The translations under genes were made by a program, and so were the position numbers. Of a stretch of 64,000 nucleotides of DNA, positions 11,540 through 24,765 are shown one piece after another. Each line of letters starts with the position of its first letter. The stretch's first letter is position 1. The DNA is from Epiperipatus broadwayi (Eukaryota; Animalia; Onychophora), in the NCBI GenBank assembly GCA_028023455.1, contig JAQFVV010000003.1, positions 12,090,001 to 12,154,000 of the forward strand, read 5' to 3'. Under the pieces are notes generated by a model. That model saw nothing but the letters and a program-made list of their open reading frames with translations, was not told where the DNA came from and ran no database searches.

Positions 11540-13164
11540 TGTAACAGACGGGGTTCGAATACAAGAGATAATGCAATATAGAGTGTTAATTGTGAGTGTT
11601 GATATGGATTGATTGTGTATATACGAAAAGACATATATAAGTAGTCATTCGAACCCTATTACAAAGAGTGTGAAAGTAATATGTAATCTGTTAAAGGATG
11701 GACTGTATACTTATATAAATATAGTTGTATGTGTGTTATTATAAAGTGTGTATATGTATTAACGGTTATATGTGGGATTGACGAGAGGCAATTATATACG
11801 GAGTTGTACAAATTTGTTATTGATTATACATATATATTTTGTTGTTCGTTAATTTTTTTAAATTCTACATTTTAATAATATTGGTGGTAACACGTGTTTC
11901 TTGATGAATCTATTGAACATATAAAGCTACAGAAATAGAAATGAATCAGTTGCTGCGGGCAGTTTGAGTTAATGTCTGTCGTCAAGAATTCTGAGAACTG
12001 GTCAAATTGGTATTTTGGAAACAATGGAAGGTCCAGTCTGCGGCATTTGAATATACAAGGGAAAATGCAAGGTTAAAGAGTATAAAAGAAAAGAACTATT
12101 TTGCTCTCGAAAATATGTAGTGTGATTAGATGGAAAGAGAAAGACGTGGCATGGATTTCGGATTGTATGAACGTGTAATTAATTAAGAAGTTTTATTAAT
12201 ATCTCCATCAAAATGTTTGGGTAATTAAATAGTGTGAGTTTTGTTAAGCCGGCCCAGTGGATTGTTATTGTAGAACTCACCTGAATCGGATTTATTAAAT
12301 TCGCTGTTTAAAATCTATCAAGTATAATGGCGGCGAAGCACCTTTGACAACTTGGACCTCTTAAGCGAGTGAAATCATCTACTCCACCTCTATGATAAAC
12401 TATTTGGCATCACATCACGGACTGTTTACCATCCTTAGGATCAACGAACATCGATAAGGCCAGTATTTCTTTAGAATTATAAATGTGCGGACTGTTAGCT
12501 TTGACCACGTGGACATTCGATCGTAATTAAGGTAAATTGACCTTTGCTCTATATATATGTTCAATAAATGCATAGTAATGAAGGGACTTGTGTTACCTCT
12601 ATATTGAATACAATAATAAATGTTGTTTAAATTAAATAAATAAAAAAACATTAAATAAACAACTCTGATGTGTAATTGCAATCTTTCGTTGCTATATATA
12701 TGAATCATATATGTGTGTATCGGAACAAATGGGATGTGCGCATGAATATTAAAATATATATAGGTGTGTATAAAGCTTAGAATTAAATGATAACTAGCGT
12801 AATAACCTATAGCTTAGTTTTGTTATAACTTCTGGGCTGGGTAATATAATTTATAAATAAGTAAATTATCATATGGTTGGTATACGTAGATATATAAGAT
12901 GTAGTCGGGAATTGTCTTTGCTTTGTTCTCTAGTTAGACCATGTTCCCCAGACCTTGAGATTGAGCGAGTCTGGACGCGCTACCCTAGATATATATATAC
13001 AGAACCCTTATTTATGTTTTCGATGAGTATAATTTTTATCAAAGTGTAAGATTGACGCTTGAGATGGGATTTAACCCATGCTCATAAATGTACTTATTCG
13101 AAGCTGCGGGAAAGAACGTATACGTGAATGAATTAAGAAACAATAATACGGGTAGACGCTTACA
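11540..13164. mobile_element. Solo LTR, Ty3/Gypsy-like
   Basis: Termini TGTAA...TTACA with a perfect 4-bp TSD ATGT (11536-11539, 13165-13168). CpG-richer than the flanks, with no coding capacity. Orientation not determined. Confidence 0.65.
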
Positions 13165-13619
13165 ATGTATTGATCATAAAACAGAAGCCCAATTGCAGGT
13201 AGCCTTTATCTCTGGTGAAGGACATACCGTTCATTTATTGGTAAGGAGATTGTAGATTACCTTTAACTTTAGTGACACAGTATTGTTGATTTCCTTGTTT
13301 AACTTGAAACTTTTTGTTTTTACTTTATTTTATTCATTGAACCATTGATTCATAATTATTTACATTCATTCATTTAAATGGATATTGACATATTAATGAT
13401 TCATCGAGGATATTTACGAAATTGTTGAATTCATAGTAATAAATAATACTGCAATTAAAATTTAAATGGCTAACTAATAACTGAAGATAATCAAATATCA
13501 TTGTTCAAATATTTATTCTCATGTTTAGATACGAACATACTTATATGCCTATAAATAATTATTTATATATATATTTATTTCATTAACAATATCACAATAT
13601 TTTCATATATACTTCCAAA

Positions 13620-14135
13620 TATAGTTCTCTTTATATTATTCTAGAGCCATCTACTGTAAGCTTGAATAATCATTGGATATCAGATAGTATAGCACTAATA
13701 TTCCCAGACTAGTTTCAGGCTTTTTCTTTTGTCTGTGAGGACTAAGATTCAAACCTGAAGCTAAGGTGTGTATGCATCTAGCAGCCCCTTTTAGTCTTTT
13801 TTGTGCTATTTAAACTAATAGCCTGAAATTTTTTTAAAAAAAATCTTGATTTTGAATCCAAGTTAATTTCCATAGTTATATAGATCTGACACCAAATCAG
13901 TTTCTAGATATTTTAGAATCTTCAGCTTTACCAACTATAGGTCTCCTTTTACTCTTTGTCTAAGAAAGTTAATACCAACAACAATATCACATGACTTATT
14001 CATATGCTTATTCAAGCATCTCTCTTTACACTATTCTATCTAGAGCCATCTGCTGAGATCTCTAAATTGTATGGAAACTGACTTAGAGTCAGATTTATAT
14101 AACTATACAAATGGTTTAGCTTTGATTCAAAATCA
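13620..14135 (-). repeat. Degenerate dispersed repeat family (CTAGAGCCATCTACTGTAAG core, SINE-like)
   Basis: Core at 13641-13660 and ~14040, related copy at 37115-37340 (19/20 core match plus an ATAACTATACAA...GATTCAAAAT block), and a fragment at ~3230. Confidence 0.5.
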
Positions 14136-15261
14136 TAACATTCTTTTAAATTGTAGGGTATTAAGTTGAATAACATAAAAGGTGACTGCTAAATATAGTC
14201 CCTATTTAGCAATTGTTGCTGTTCACAAAAAAAATAAAAATAAATAAATGTGATTTTGTTATGCAAGAAGTTATTATATTTCAGAATAATAAACCATTTT
14301 AAAATATATATTAATGTGTATTATTAGTCTGATAGGAATCTCTTTTAAGATAAAATTTATGCTTCTTCTGAATTTATTTATCTGCTTTATGATTATTTCT
14401 GTTATGTTTATATGGAAATAATATAATAAAAGTTTAGCTTTTGCAAATAGCATTATCTATAGCAATAATATATCTAATAAATTAAGTAATTAAAATACTT
14501 TTTAAAAATAAATTATAAATCATAAAAAATAAAAAAAATGAAGAACATTGAGATATTTTACAATATAATTTTACCTTAAGGAAAACATTTTTGTAAAGAT
14601 TTAAAAACCTCTAATTACATAATTATTCGTGATTTTTTTTTCCAAACGTTTCTATGAATTTCAATAGTAATTTCTAGTTGGAGTTCCATTTCTCTTTGTA
14701 ATTACTCTTTATATATATATGTCATTATACAATTTTTGCATCTTTTAGCAACTTTGATTAGGTTAGACTCACTGTGGTAATTATTCAGTATGATTAATAT
14801 TATCCTGCTTTAGAACTTTAAAAATGACCATATCCCAATATTGCCATTTTTCCCCCCAGTAAGATAAAACTGGTAATTGATTGATTTTAACAGTTATGTT
14901 AAAAAAAAAAATTCTAATAAGAGAAAAATGAAAATTGGGAAATCTTTTTTTCTCTTTGTTATTCTAAATTACTGTACATGTATAATATTAATTTGTCTCA
15001 ATATTATTAGCAGTCATTCCTAAATGATTATGTCTATTTATGTTCTAATGGGGAAAAAATGAATAATAGCTAAGAACAAAGGAAAAAAGATTGAAGGCAT
15101 AATTACTAAATGTATTAACTGAAGTACGGAAATGTGTTTGCACACACAAATTTATTGTCATCCTTAGTCCAATTTTCAGAGAGTAAAATCGAAAGAGTTA
15201 TAAATCTGTTTATTATTTATGCCATATATTATATTAGTAAAAAATTATCATCATCATAGAT

Positions 15262-17745
15262 CAGTGATGTTCAACCTTTTTTACAATGCTAGTTTTTCTA
15301 TATTAAGTATTCAACAATCGGCTCTCTTGTATAGATCACATTTTCCCAGCCTGATATCTGATTATGCATAACTATGCAGTTAAACCTGCTCATTCACTTT
15401 GGATGACCTACTCTTCCAATCCTAAAATTTTTAAAGAAACTAAAAACTTTATTTGTGCAATTACAAATTTATCACTTATAATTATTTTAATAAAACAAAT
15501 ATATTGGAATAAAATGTTTATTTCTCTATTTTGGAAAATCAAAGTTAGAAAAAACAATAGATTGATTACAAATTCACAACTTACAAGAAATGCTGCAGAT
15601 AAGTCATCCAACTGATCATTTGTAATTTGTTTGCTTGATTGAATTTTTATGAAGTTCATATCTGAAAAAGCAGATTCTGGCTAATGTGACAATCCAAAAT
15701 ATAACATAATTTTTCATGCAATGTCATTTAATATTGGAGATTTTTTATATGTATACTTCCAAAAGACTTCATTGTTTATTGATTTTAAGTTTAAACTATT
15801 GTGAATATTTATTTTTTTAAATTCTACTTCAGCTTGATTTATATCAAACAATCCATTAATTTTATTTGAAATTTCTGTGATGTTGAAATTTTTTCGAAAT
15901 GAACTACTTCAGTTTTATTCTAATCTAAATCTTTAATTTCTTTCTCAACTAATTCTATTTCAGAATAAATTCTTTTAAATCATAGCAAAGCATTTTTTGA
16001 GTTTGTTAAAAAAAATGTAATAAATATGGGAGATGTCTAAATTTACAGTCATTTATATTTTTCTTTACCAAAATATGTATTATTGGAAATTTTTTATCGA
16101 ACTTATCATGTCAATTAAATTTTTATTTCTCTTGTAACTCTAAATTTAAATTGCTTAATTTTGTACTGAAATCTATTGAAAATAATAAGTGTAATAACCA
16201 TCCATCTTTTATTACTCTTATTGTACAACAGAAGTTCACTATCGTCACTTGCCTGTGATTTAAATAACCACCATTGCATTGCTTTTACTCTGAACAGAAT
16301 TTACAATTTTTTATGTAATATCCAAAACATCTTTTCTTTTACTACAGTACTTATTGGTGGATAATACATAGTATATTAAAAATTTGGATATTGGGCATCA
16401 TTTTTATATAATGAAGTGAAGCCTGATTTATTACTTATCATTGCAGGAGCATCATCAGCAATAATAGACAAGCTTAAAAACAGAAGTTTGTATCTCTTAA
16501 ATTCATCAAATGCCGAAAACATGCCTTCTCCTCTTGTCCTTCTCATTAGTGGTATAATTTTCAAAAGTTCTTTAATTAAATAATCTTGAAATACCATCTG
16601 AATAAATACCATTAATTAAACAGTATCAGTGAAGTATGTTTGAGTCATCAAATTGTAATGAAAACACAACACATTGGCGATTGGCTGATATTAATTGAGT
16701 ATTCAACTCTTCTCATATCTGTTGTTCTGGAAAGTTGTAAATCATTAATATTTGAAGTGGTGTCATTTTTATTTTTAAAATCAGTAAAATAAAGATTCTG
16801 CTGTTGCAAGAAACAATTCATTTATTAATTGTTCATCAGTAAAAGGTTTTTTTCTTTTGCTAATAAATAACACACTTTCAAAGATGCAATAGAGACTGAT
16901 AATGGTTTATTTATTACTTTTGAAATCATATTTTGTTGTCGAGAAAGCCCTGTCTTTAAATTTATAATTTATATATTTTAAATGGGGGGGAGGGGGGGAT
17001 CTTCATCATATTTTGGATATAACAATCAAAAATGTCTCTCAATATTACCTTTTTTTGGAATTGCTACAGGTGAATTTCAAATCGAATATCAACACTTTCC
17101 ATTTACCTTTGTAAAGAAATAATCCAGTAATCAATAAAGCAAATTACATAGCGTGTAACTTTGCTTTTTAAGCTTGTTAGAAATAATCCAGTTCCCTTTC
17201 CTTGTGAAAATGATTCATCTTTGATTTCTTTGATATACTCATAATTGTCCTCAAATTAAAAAAAAACCCAAAACAAATATTTTATTAAAATAAAAAATAT
17301 TTATAACTCATCATTTAGCAAACAAAATAATAGTAGATCCAATGATAAATTTATAGCAACTGAAACTCAACTGAAGTTCTAATAGTGGGTAGCAGGAAGT
17401 GCATTATGTAGTTACAAGTAAACATGATTATAAACGAAATGCATTTAATGTGCTTTGCTTATAATCGTAGACATTCAGCTCACTGTTTCATTTTTACTGA
17501 TCCAAATTAATTAATTAACTCAGTCTTATAAGAAACTTATTAATTTGATAAATTTTTAACGAAAAATAAATGAACAATAGCAATACATTTAAAGAGAATT
17601 AAAAAATAGTACAAAATAATGATAAACAAAATATTATGTTTTTAGTTTTAATTAAATTTGTAAGTAAAGAGGAATAAAGAAAAGATCGACCAAAAAATCA
17701 TTATGATTGACCTGTCAATTGCATTCGATGGGTTGAAGATCACTG
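15262..17745 (-). mobile_element. hAT (Buster/Charlie) DNA transposon with pseudogenised transposase
   Basis: TIRs CAGTGATGTTCAACC / GGTTGAAGATCACTG. Degenerate TSD TCATAGAT vs TCATAAAG (6/8). Transposase fragments on the minus strand. Confidence 0.88.
15550..17242 (-). pseudogene. hAT transposase pseudogene (GTF2IRD2/EPM2AIP1-like family)
   Basis: In order from the ATG at 17242: MSISKKSKMNHFHKE, KKGNIERHF (BED finger), FSLQFDDS, VFIQMVFQDYLIKELL..RTRGE..IADDAPAM, KAMQ..LFK, ESAFSDMNFIK (dimerisation domain). Multiple stops and frameshifts. Confidence 0.85.
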
Positions 17746-19378
17746 TCATAAAGTATAGTGAATATTTTCAGGTTTTATTGAATTACAGTTTGTTTGTTTT
17801 TAATCTACATTTTTGGTTTTCAGTTCTAAGTATTTAGCACAATGATTGAATGAATTGGATCCAAATTTAGCTTATCATTGTAGTGCTTGAAAGCCACCAA
17901 GACCTACCAAGTGATTAATCATTTGATTGTGTGTAAATACTGTTGATTTGAGTTTTGAAGCAAAAAAACTTTTTTGTAAGAAGAATTTCTGAAACTAGTG
18001 AAATTTAAAGAATATAGGTTTAAATTCAAAGTAGTCTATCATATAATGAATAATATTTCTGTATTATGAATGACTAATAAAAATGTTAATATAGTTCTTC
18101 TCATCATTTTAAAAATATTTTAATCATACATAGATAAATACAATGGTTATTGCCTAAAAATGTAATTTTATTTATTTTACTTTGAAATAAATAAATTCTA
18201 AACAACATAGTTTACTTGTAGGTTTGACAGTTTTTAAAATATAACCACGCTGGTTAGAGTATACTTCTATATATATTTTTCTCATTGTTTTTCAAACAGC
18301 AAAAATTTGCCTATACAGTTTTTGCTTGATTGTGTTTTCTTTTTATATTTTGTTGTTTATATCCATTTTAACTTGTTCAAAGGTAAATTGAAATAACTAA
18401 ACATTAGAATACTAGACCAAGTGCTAAGTTTTGATCGTCAATGGTAATTTTCTTTCTATCTATGATGATCACCTTAATTTTTTCTCTCTCCTAAACTTAT
18501 TCTGATTTAACCCCTGTTCATCATCATTTTTCCCCCCAATCCAACTAACGTGTTTTAATACATTTTACTTAGTCTTTTTTATTTGGTTTAATTGATTAAA
18601 TATTATAATACAGCATATATATTTCTTATATTATCAAAAATAATATCTTGATATTATCAAAAATAATATCTAGAATTAAGTTAATAAATTTTATTGTTTT
18701 ATGTTCTTGGATTTCGTTTTTTATTTTTTAAAAAACCGTCTCTACATTACAATTCAGATGACCGTCATTTAATACAACTAATTCAAGGATGTCTATTAAG
18801 ATAGCTTCTGCTTCTACGTGTCAAAGTTATTAAGAAAAAAAATTCCAGATGCTTTCTGAAATTTAATTACAAATCACGTGAGTAAAAATGATAGTTTAAA
18901 TGAAAGTGTAATCCTATAAATTAATTACAACTATATTAAAAAAAAAAAACTACAAGTCTGTGTTTAAGTTTATTATTTTTAATAGAGTGAGATAATGATA
19001 AAGCAGTCTTTAAATTACTGCAGAGTAAAGGCTTCCCCAATAGCATTCATAGAGTATTAGTAAAGTAGGAAATAGTGCTTTCCAAACTTTCCATTTGTTG
19101 GGTGATAAGGGTATGAATGTTTTTTTTTTCATGTTCGAGTTGGTTATAATCTCACTAATTGAAAGGAAAATCTCTAGCTTGGGAACCCAGATCTTAGATA
19201 TGGCTGGTGGATGCACTGTCTTTGAATCACAAGGCTTATGATATTGTTAATAGAGGGGATAAAGACAAAACAATCTTAAATAGCTTCATTTAGGAAACTC
19301 TTTCCTATATTTTCCATAGAGAAACAATGAAGATATTAAAATCCTTATCAATTCAATCAGTAATTGCTAGCTGGTGAG

Positions 19379-19520
19379 AGTTTGTATGAATTTTCTTTTC
19401 TTGTTTTATCTTCTGGCTAAGAAACCCAGATACATATTTCCCAAACACTAATTGAATGGCTTTCTGGGTTGGCAATGAAATTATCTGCAGAAGAATCCCA
19501 AGTTTGGTTGAAAATCTAAA
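19379..19520. repeat. Degenerate dispersed repeat shared with ~35925-36090
   Basis: Colinear blocks AGTTTGTATGA, ATGGCTTTCTGGGTTG (16 bp identical, 19456 and 36014) and CCCAAG.TTG.TGA. Confidence 0.5.
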
Positions 19521-20165
19521 ACTATTACACATAAAGAACCAGATTTACATTTCAATAAAACAAATCCAAAATTATATTTGTTATTTTTAGATAAATATCT
19601 TTAAAATAAAAAGAACAAAGCTACAGGTGAATAATTTTAACAGCTTGAATGAGTAAACAATTTCTTTGTTATTTTTGTATAAAAGATCTGTGTATGAAAA
19701 TATTTAGCCAGATATCTAAAAAAATAGTTGTCTTTTTATAATGCTGCTTTTTCTTCATTTATTGAAATCAGCAAAGAATATAAATACAGTATAAATGAAT
19801 TGATTTTTGGGATTTACCATATACAGGTGAGACATTCTTTCTTTACTGAACTTTGATCTTTGTTGAATTTTAATGCCTTTTGTCAAGAAGGTCTTTTAAG
19901 ATAGTTTTATCTCCTAAAAAGCAATTCTTAGTCATTCATATTTTTTATTGCGTTTCACAAAGGCCTTTGTGAAGAGACATTTTGATTATTTTTCTCTCGA
20001 TAATTAGTTATATGTGGATTGTTCGTCTTATTAAGGCAAAGTGCTCATTTAAGTATTGAACTATTGGAATAAAAATGGCAAACAATAGCAAAATATTACC
20101 AATAATGATAATGATAATCTGTTGCCTAGTTATCTTTTCTTATCTTGGAGCCAAAACTTAGTCTT

Positions 20166-20261
20166 GCATTGGTGGTCGAGAGGTCAGCGCGACTCCCTTG
20201 CACTTGCAGGCAGTTGTCCGGGTTGCGGGTTCGCTGATGCTATGACACCTAAAAAAAAAAA
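20166..20261 (+). mobile_element. tRNA-Gly-derived SINE copy
   Basis: GCATTGGTGG head, A-box-like and duplicated B-box-like motifs, TATGACAC tail, A11 run. Confidence 0.6.
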
Positions 20262-21565
20262 CTGCATTGTTATAAATTTCTCAAGTATTTTTTTAACAAG
20301 TTAATGACTAGTATATGTACATTTTTTAATATTTATATTTATTTTCTGCATCGTTTTTACTAACTTTGATGTGTTTATTGAAATCTTCTCGTTTGCTATT
20401 ATCTCCAGGTGTTTTCGCGTAAAGAAACTTTGAATTCAGTTAAACCTTGATAATTGATAGCACCTGCCTGAGCGTTTCTTTTTTTTCTCTTTCATTAAAT
20501 TAACGGTAAAAACTTTTTATGGAAGGAGGGGGGGGGTTGAAAATATATATTAAACATCTTCCAATCTGATAAATATTGACGACTTTGCTTATCTATTTAT
20601 ATATTGTTAGTTTTTTTATGAATACAATGCTAATATTAAATGATTGTGATTAGATTTTTATTTTTTATATCATTGTTATTACTTTTCATTATCTTATAAT
20701 TATTTACCATGATATACGTGAGAGCCTCATAGTGTAATGCATTTACCTTTCGTACCCATGATCTGAATTTGGATCTAATGAATCTTGAAAAATTTATTTC
20801 AGACAATTGAGAATTTTAAAGCTAGATTTTTGTTTTTCGGGTAATTTGTCCAAACAACCCAGACAATTAGTTATCTAATTATTGGTTCGTTCATTAATAA
20901 GCATCTAAGTGGGTTTACTGAAAAACAAAAGTCCCAGATTAAATCTGTAATGATCGGATGAGTGTCATTGCATTAATCGTAAAATAAAAATATTTTAATA
21001 TGACGATGCTATCACGACTAGTGATAGCAATGTATATTATATCTTTATAAGCATAAAATAGAGAATTGACTTAATAAAGAACTAAGTTTAATGACAGGCA
21101 GAGAGAGTTTATTGACATTATGTGATAGGTAAATGGATTCGTATTAAAATTGCTATTGTTTACCTTTATAATCTGTACTTTTGACTTATAAAAAAAATTG
21201 ATGTGATGCTGTAAAATAACCCAGTTATTCAAATTTATCACTAACTCCAAGTTCATGGATTAAAATCCTGATTAATTCTAAAGTTTTTATTATTGTTGAT
21301 TAAGTACTTTGCTTCTCATAATAATGCCTTGGGTTCAAATTCCACGTTATGTCTGGATTTTTTTTCTCTCATAATTAATTAATTCTCAAGATTTTTGATT
21401 GAAATCTTAGTAATCATACTGAATTTTTCTTATAAGTAGAACCTTTGTCTATTAATAATCTGAAGACAAATTTTTATGAGTACATTTATTTATATTTCCA
21501 ATTAACAAACTTTTATTACTAAAGACAAAGTTCAAACCTTGATTTTTTGTTATACTTACAAGAAT

Positions 21566-22200
21566 AGCTCTTATTGCTAGCTAAGAATAAAAGAATCTCC
21601 AGAATATATTGAATAAATTGGAAGAAATATGTGTGAAATATGAATGGAAATTAACATTGAGAAGGGCAAATGGATTTGGATATTTGGATAGTTGGTTGGG
21701 TGAGGATTGAAGAAGTAAAGATGAAGATAAAAGAAAAATAGCATTGGACAAGATGGAATTTTTAAGCAAAAGAAAATATTCTGTGGACCTTCAAAGAGAG
21801 AATTAAGGAAAAAATTAAATGCATGTGTGGAATATATTATTGTACAGTCATGAAATGTGGACAATAAATAAAAGAATTAGGAACTGATTGGAGATCTTTG
21901 AGATATGATCATAGAGAAGAATGGAGAAAATTAGTTAGATGAATAAAATGACAAATGGGCAAGTTTTAGGAAAGGTAAATGAAAAAAGAAGATTGATTGA
22001 GGAAATTAGGAATAAAAAGAAAAAAGAATAGTTTAATGAAGGATATTTTGAAGGGAATGGTGAATGGAAACAAGAAGAAAGAATGGAGAAATTTGATCTT
22101 GTTGAATGTTAAAGAAATGGAAAGAGATATTTGGAATTTTAAATCTGGGCAATGAATAGAATAGAATGAAATAATGGATGAAATAGTTGTGTGACTACTC
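21566..22200 (+). mobile_element. RTE-clade LINE 3' fragment, decayed
   Basis: ALIAS..KNLQNILNKLEEICVKY, FGYLDS, VWNILLYSHEMWTINK and MKDILEGMVNG are RTE RT and C-terminal motifs in order. Confidence 0.75.
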
Positions 22201-23184
22201 TCAGGATGTCTCTAAAGGATAGAATACTATTGATTGGCTATAAGTATTGGATTGTGGAATTACAATTTAAGTTATTATTTTTTTTTCTTCTAATTGTTAA
22301 AACATTCAATTGTTAAATGCAAGGCTTTTATTTTCGAGACTGATTAGTACCTTCTCCCTTTTTTTTAATTAATTATTTCAAGAATATGGGTATCTTTCCT
22401 TTTGGAATAAAGTGTTAATTAATAAATAAAAAAATTCCAGATATTTTAGATGACTGCAATTCATTTCATTTGTCTATTGCAACTGTATTGAAATAATAAT
22501 AAAAATAATTGATATTGTTAAACACTAACTCAGTATCAAAAATTTTATTATATAATAGATTCTTCACTGTAAATATCAGTATTATATCTCTTATTTTAGT
22601 TGTATTAATTGTTTTTATAGTCATTATTGACAATAGACTGATCAATCCAGATTAACCTGTGATTATTCTTTAACCAGAAATATTATGTAAAAAAAAAAAA
22701 AAGACAATTTTTTAAAAAATATTTATACAGTATATAAAATAATTATTTAAAATAAGCTCATAAATGTTTTCTAATTGTTTTTCATTGCTTTCTATATATC
22801 TTACAAATCATTGCTGCTGATTTAACAGTTTTGAACAGCTTAGTGGAGGACAAGGTTCTTCCCAACATTTTCCCATAAGTATCAAGAATCATTGTAAAAT
22901 AAACACTACCCATCTAGTTATTGAAAGCTTTTGTAGTTTGCTTTTCTAAAATAATCACAGCGTTAAATTTAGCTAGATGTCGTTTTTCAAGCAATATTGC
23001 ATCTTTAGGAGATTGACTATTAACTAGCTATTTAAAAAATCCTGGTTTCCTTGGAAATTTTTCAAATACCAAAAACCTTCTGGTCATCTTCAGTATTTGC
23101 ACTTTTGACCAAAAAATAATTGGTTACTTTTTTACTTTGAGAATAGATTAACATTTCTGAAATCTCTACAATAATGCTCTACAC

Positions 23185-24765
23185 CAGTGGTCTTCAACCT
23201 TTTCACACCTTCAGACTGGAAAAAATAAGGATAAGATTTCACGGACCAGCAAAGTCTACAGATAAATTTTCTTAAAGATTTAAAACTGCTTAGCCTTAGA
23301 TGAGCATAATTGTTATAACTGATCAAAACAACACACTAGTTACTGTGTATTGTAATGGTGTTGCTTACCTTCACATGCTGAACGCTTTCTCGAGTTGCGC
23401 AGTCATACTGCTACAGAAAACAGTATGTTCTCATTATTGTGCTTGCATTGCTAAGTTTATTATTTCATTGTTAAAACATGCAAAAATAAAATGTTATTCA
23501 CTTGAAGGTTGGGAAATATCACAGTTAGTGTAATTACATGATAATGATTATGATAAATGTAATATCTGTATTTAATGTTTTGATAGAAAGACTATTCCTG
23601 GTGTGGTATATTTTATTCCTTGTTTATTTTGTAAGAAGGTTTACATAGGTCAGAGTAGTTTGAGTTTAAATGAAAGAATAAAGGTTCATAAAAGTAGAGT
23701 TAAAAATAGATATCTTAGTTCTGCTTTGTATGTCCATGAAAAAGATACAGGCCACACTATTGATTTTGATGAAGCTAAGGTTGTCTTCTTTGAGAGAAAT
23801 GAAATCAAAAGAAGAATTAAAGAGTCTTTATTATTGAAAATTTATTATTCTGAAGCAATTAACTTATTTAAGAGTTCTTTTAATATTAAGGGTGGATGGG
23901 AAGTGAATGGATTTGTGGGTAGTTTTTTAATAGTATATATAATGTGTGGTTTTTTTTGTAGTTCTTTACACTTGAGAAGTCTGCTTGTAGCAGTGAAACC
24001 TTAGGTTGTGTTTTAATATTATTTTTATGCTGGTCTGGTTTAATTTTAGATTTGGGGTAGTTTTGATTTTAATGTTAAATATACAAAATGAAGTTATATA
24101 TATATGGAGTTTGTATAATAAAAAAATTTTTTTTTAATTTTGAATCTGGTGTTATTTTAATCTCATTTTTATCCAATTAAAAACAAGAAACAGAATGAAA
24201 AGTTGTTTTGGTAAAGTGTCACATAGAAATAAAACAATCGTTATAAAGATGACATTTTGTTAAAAAAAAAAAAAAAGGTAATAGATTTACATTCTCGATG
24301 AAGGGAAATCAATGATCTGTCTCCATTTTGTGAAGTTTATAATTTCAAAAAGAAATGTCACACACAAAATAATAGGATGATACAAATGCAATAAAACCTT
24401 TTGCTATATGTGACCAATAAATGAGCTGATGGAATACAGAAATACCTATTAGGTAGACTTGTAAGGAGTGGTGCAATTATCATGAGATTGACGCTTTGCT
24501 TTTTAAAGATTGCATTTTCAGATAAATTCCTTTGATTATTATTTCGTAATTATAGTATTATTTAATAATTTAAATAAAATTTTGATTTATAATTAATTTT
24601 ATTTAAACAATTGCGATGAAAAAATAAGTAAAAATTGTTATATTAATTAAAAGTTTAAAATCTTATTATTTTGTTATTACAAATTTTTCTGCCAGTCTAG
24701 CGTGGACCAACAGAAAACTTCTGCGGACCGGTGCTGGTCTGCGGATCAAGGGTTGAAGACCACTG
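23185..24765. mobile_element. Non-autonomous hAT (Buster/Charlie-type) element, sister of 3302-6227
   Basis: TIRs CAGTGGTCTTCAACC / GGTTGAAGACCACTG. Perfect TSD CTCTACAC at 23177-23184 and 24766-24773. Confidence 0.92.
23580..24067 (+). mobile_element. Penelope-like element 3' fragment encoding a GIY-YIG endonuclease domain
   Basis: ORF 23603-24004, VVYFIPCLFCKKVYIGQS..LNERIKVHK..SALYVHEKDTGHTIDF..RRIKES..N, matches the PLE GIY-YIG pattern. Flanked by the 9-bp direct repeat TTTAATGTT (23571-23579, 24068-24076), which occurs once in the sister MITE. Confidence 0.85.

Noticed and set aside
20402-20470. CAGGTGTT...TAGCACCTG possible pre-miRNA with a miR-29/285-like TAGCACC seed
   Set aside because: Only the terminal ~9 bp pair and the interior does not form a stem.
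22800-23180. Long semi-open minus-strand frame, and CWEEPCPPLSCS (VWC-like) in another frame
   Set aside because: In-frame stops and no consistent splice model.
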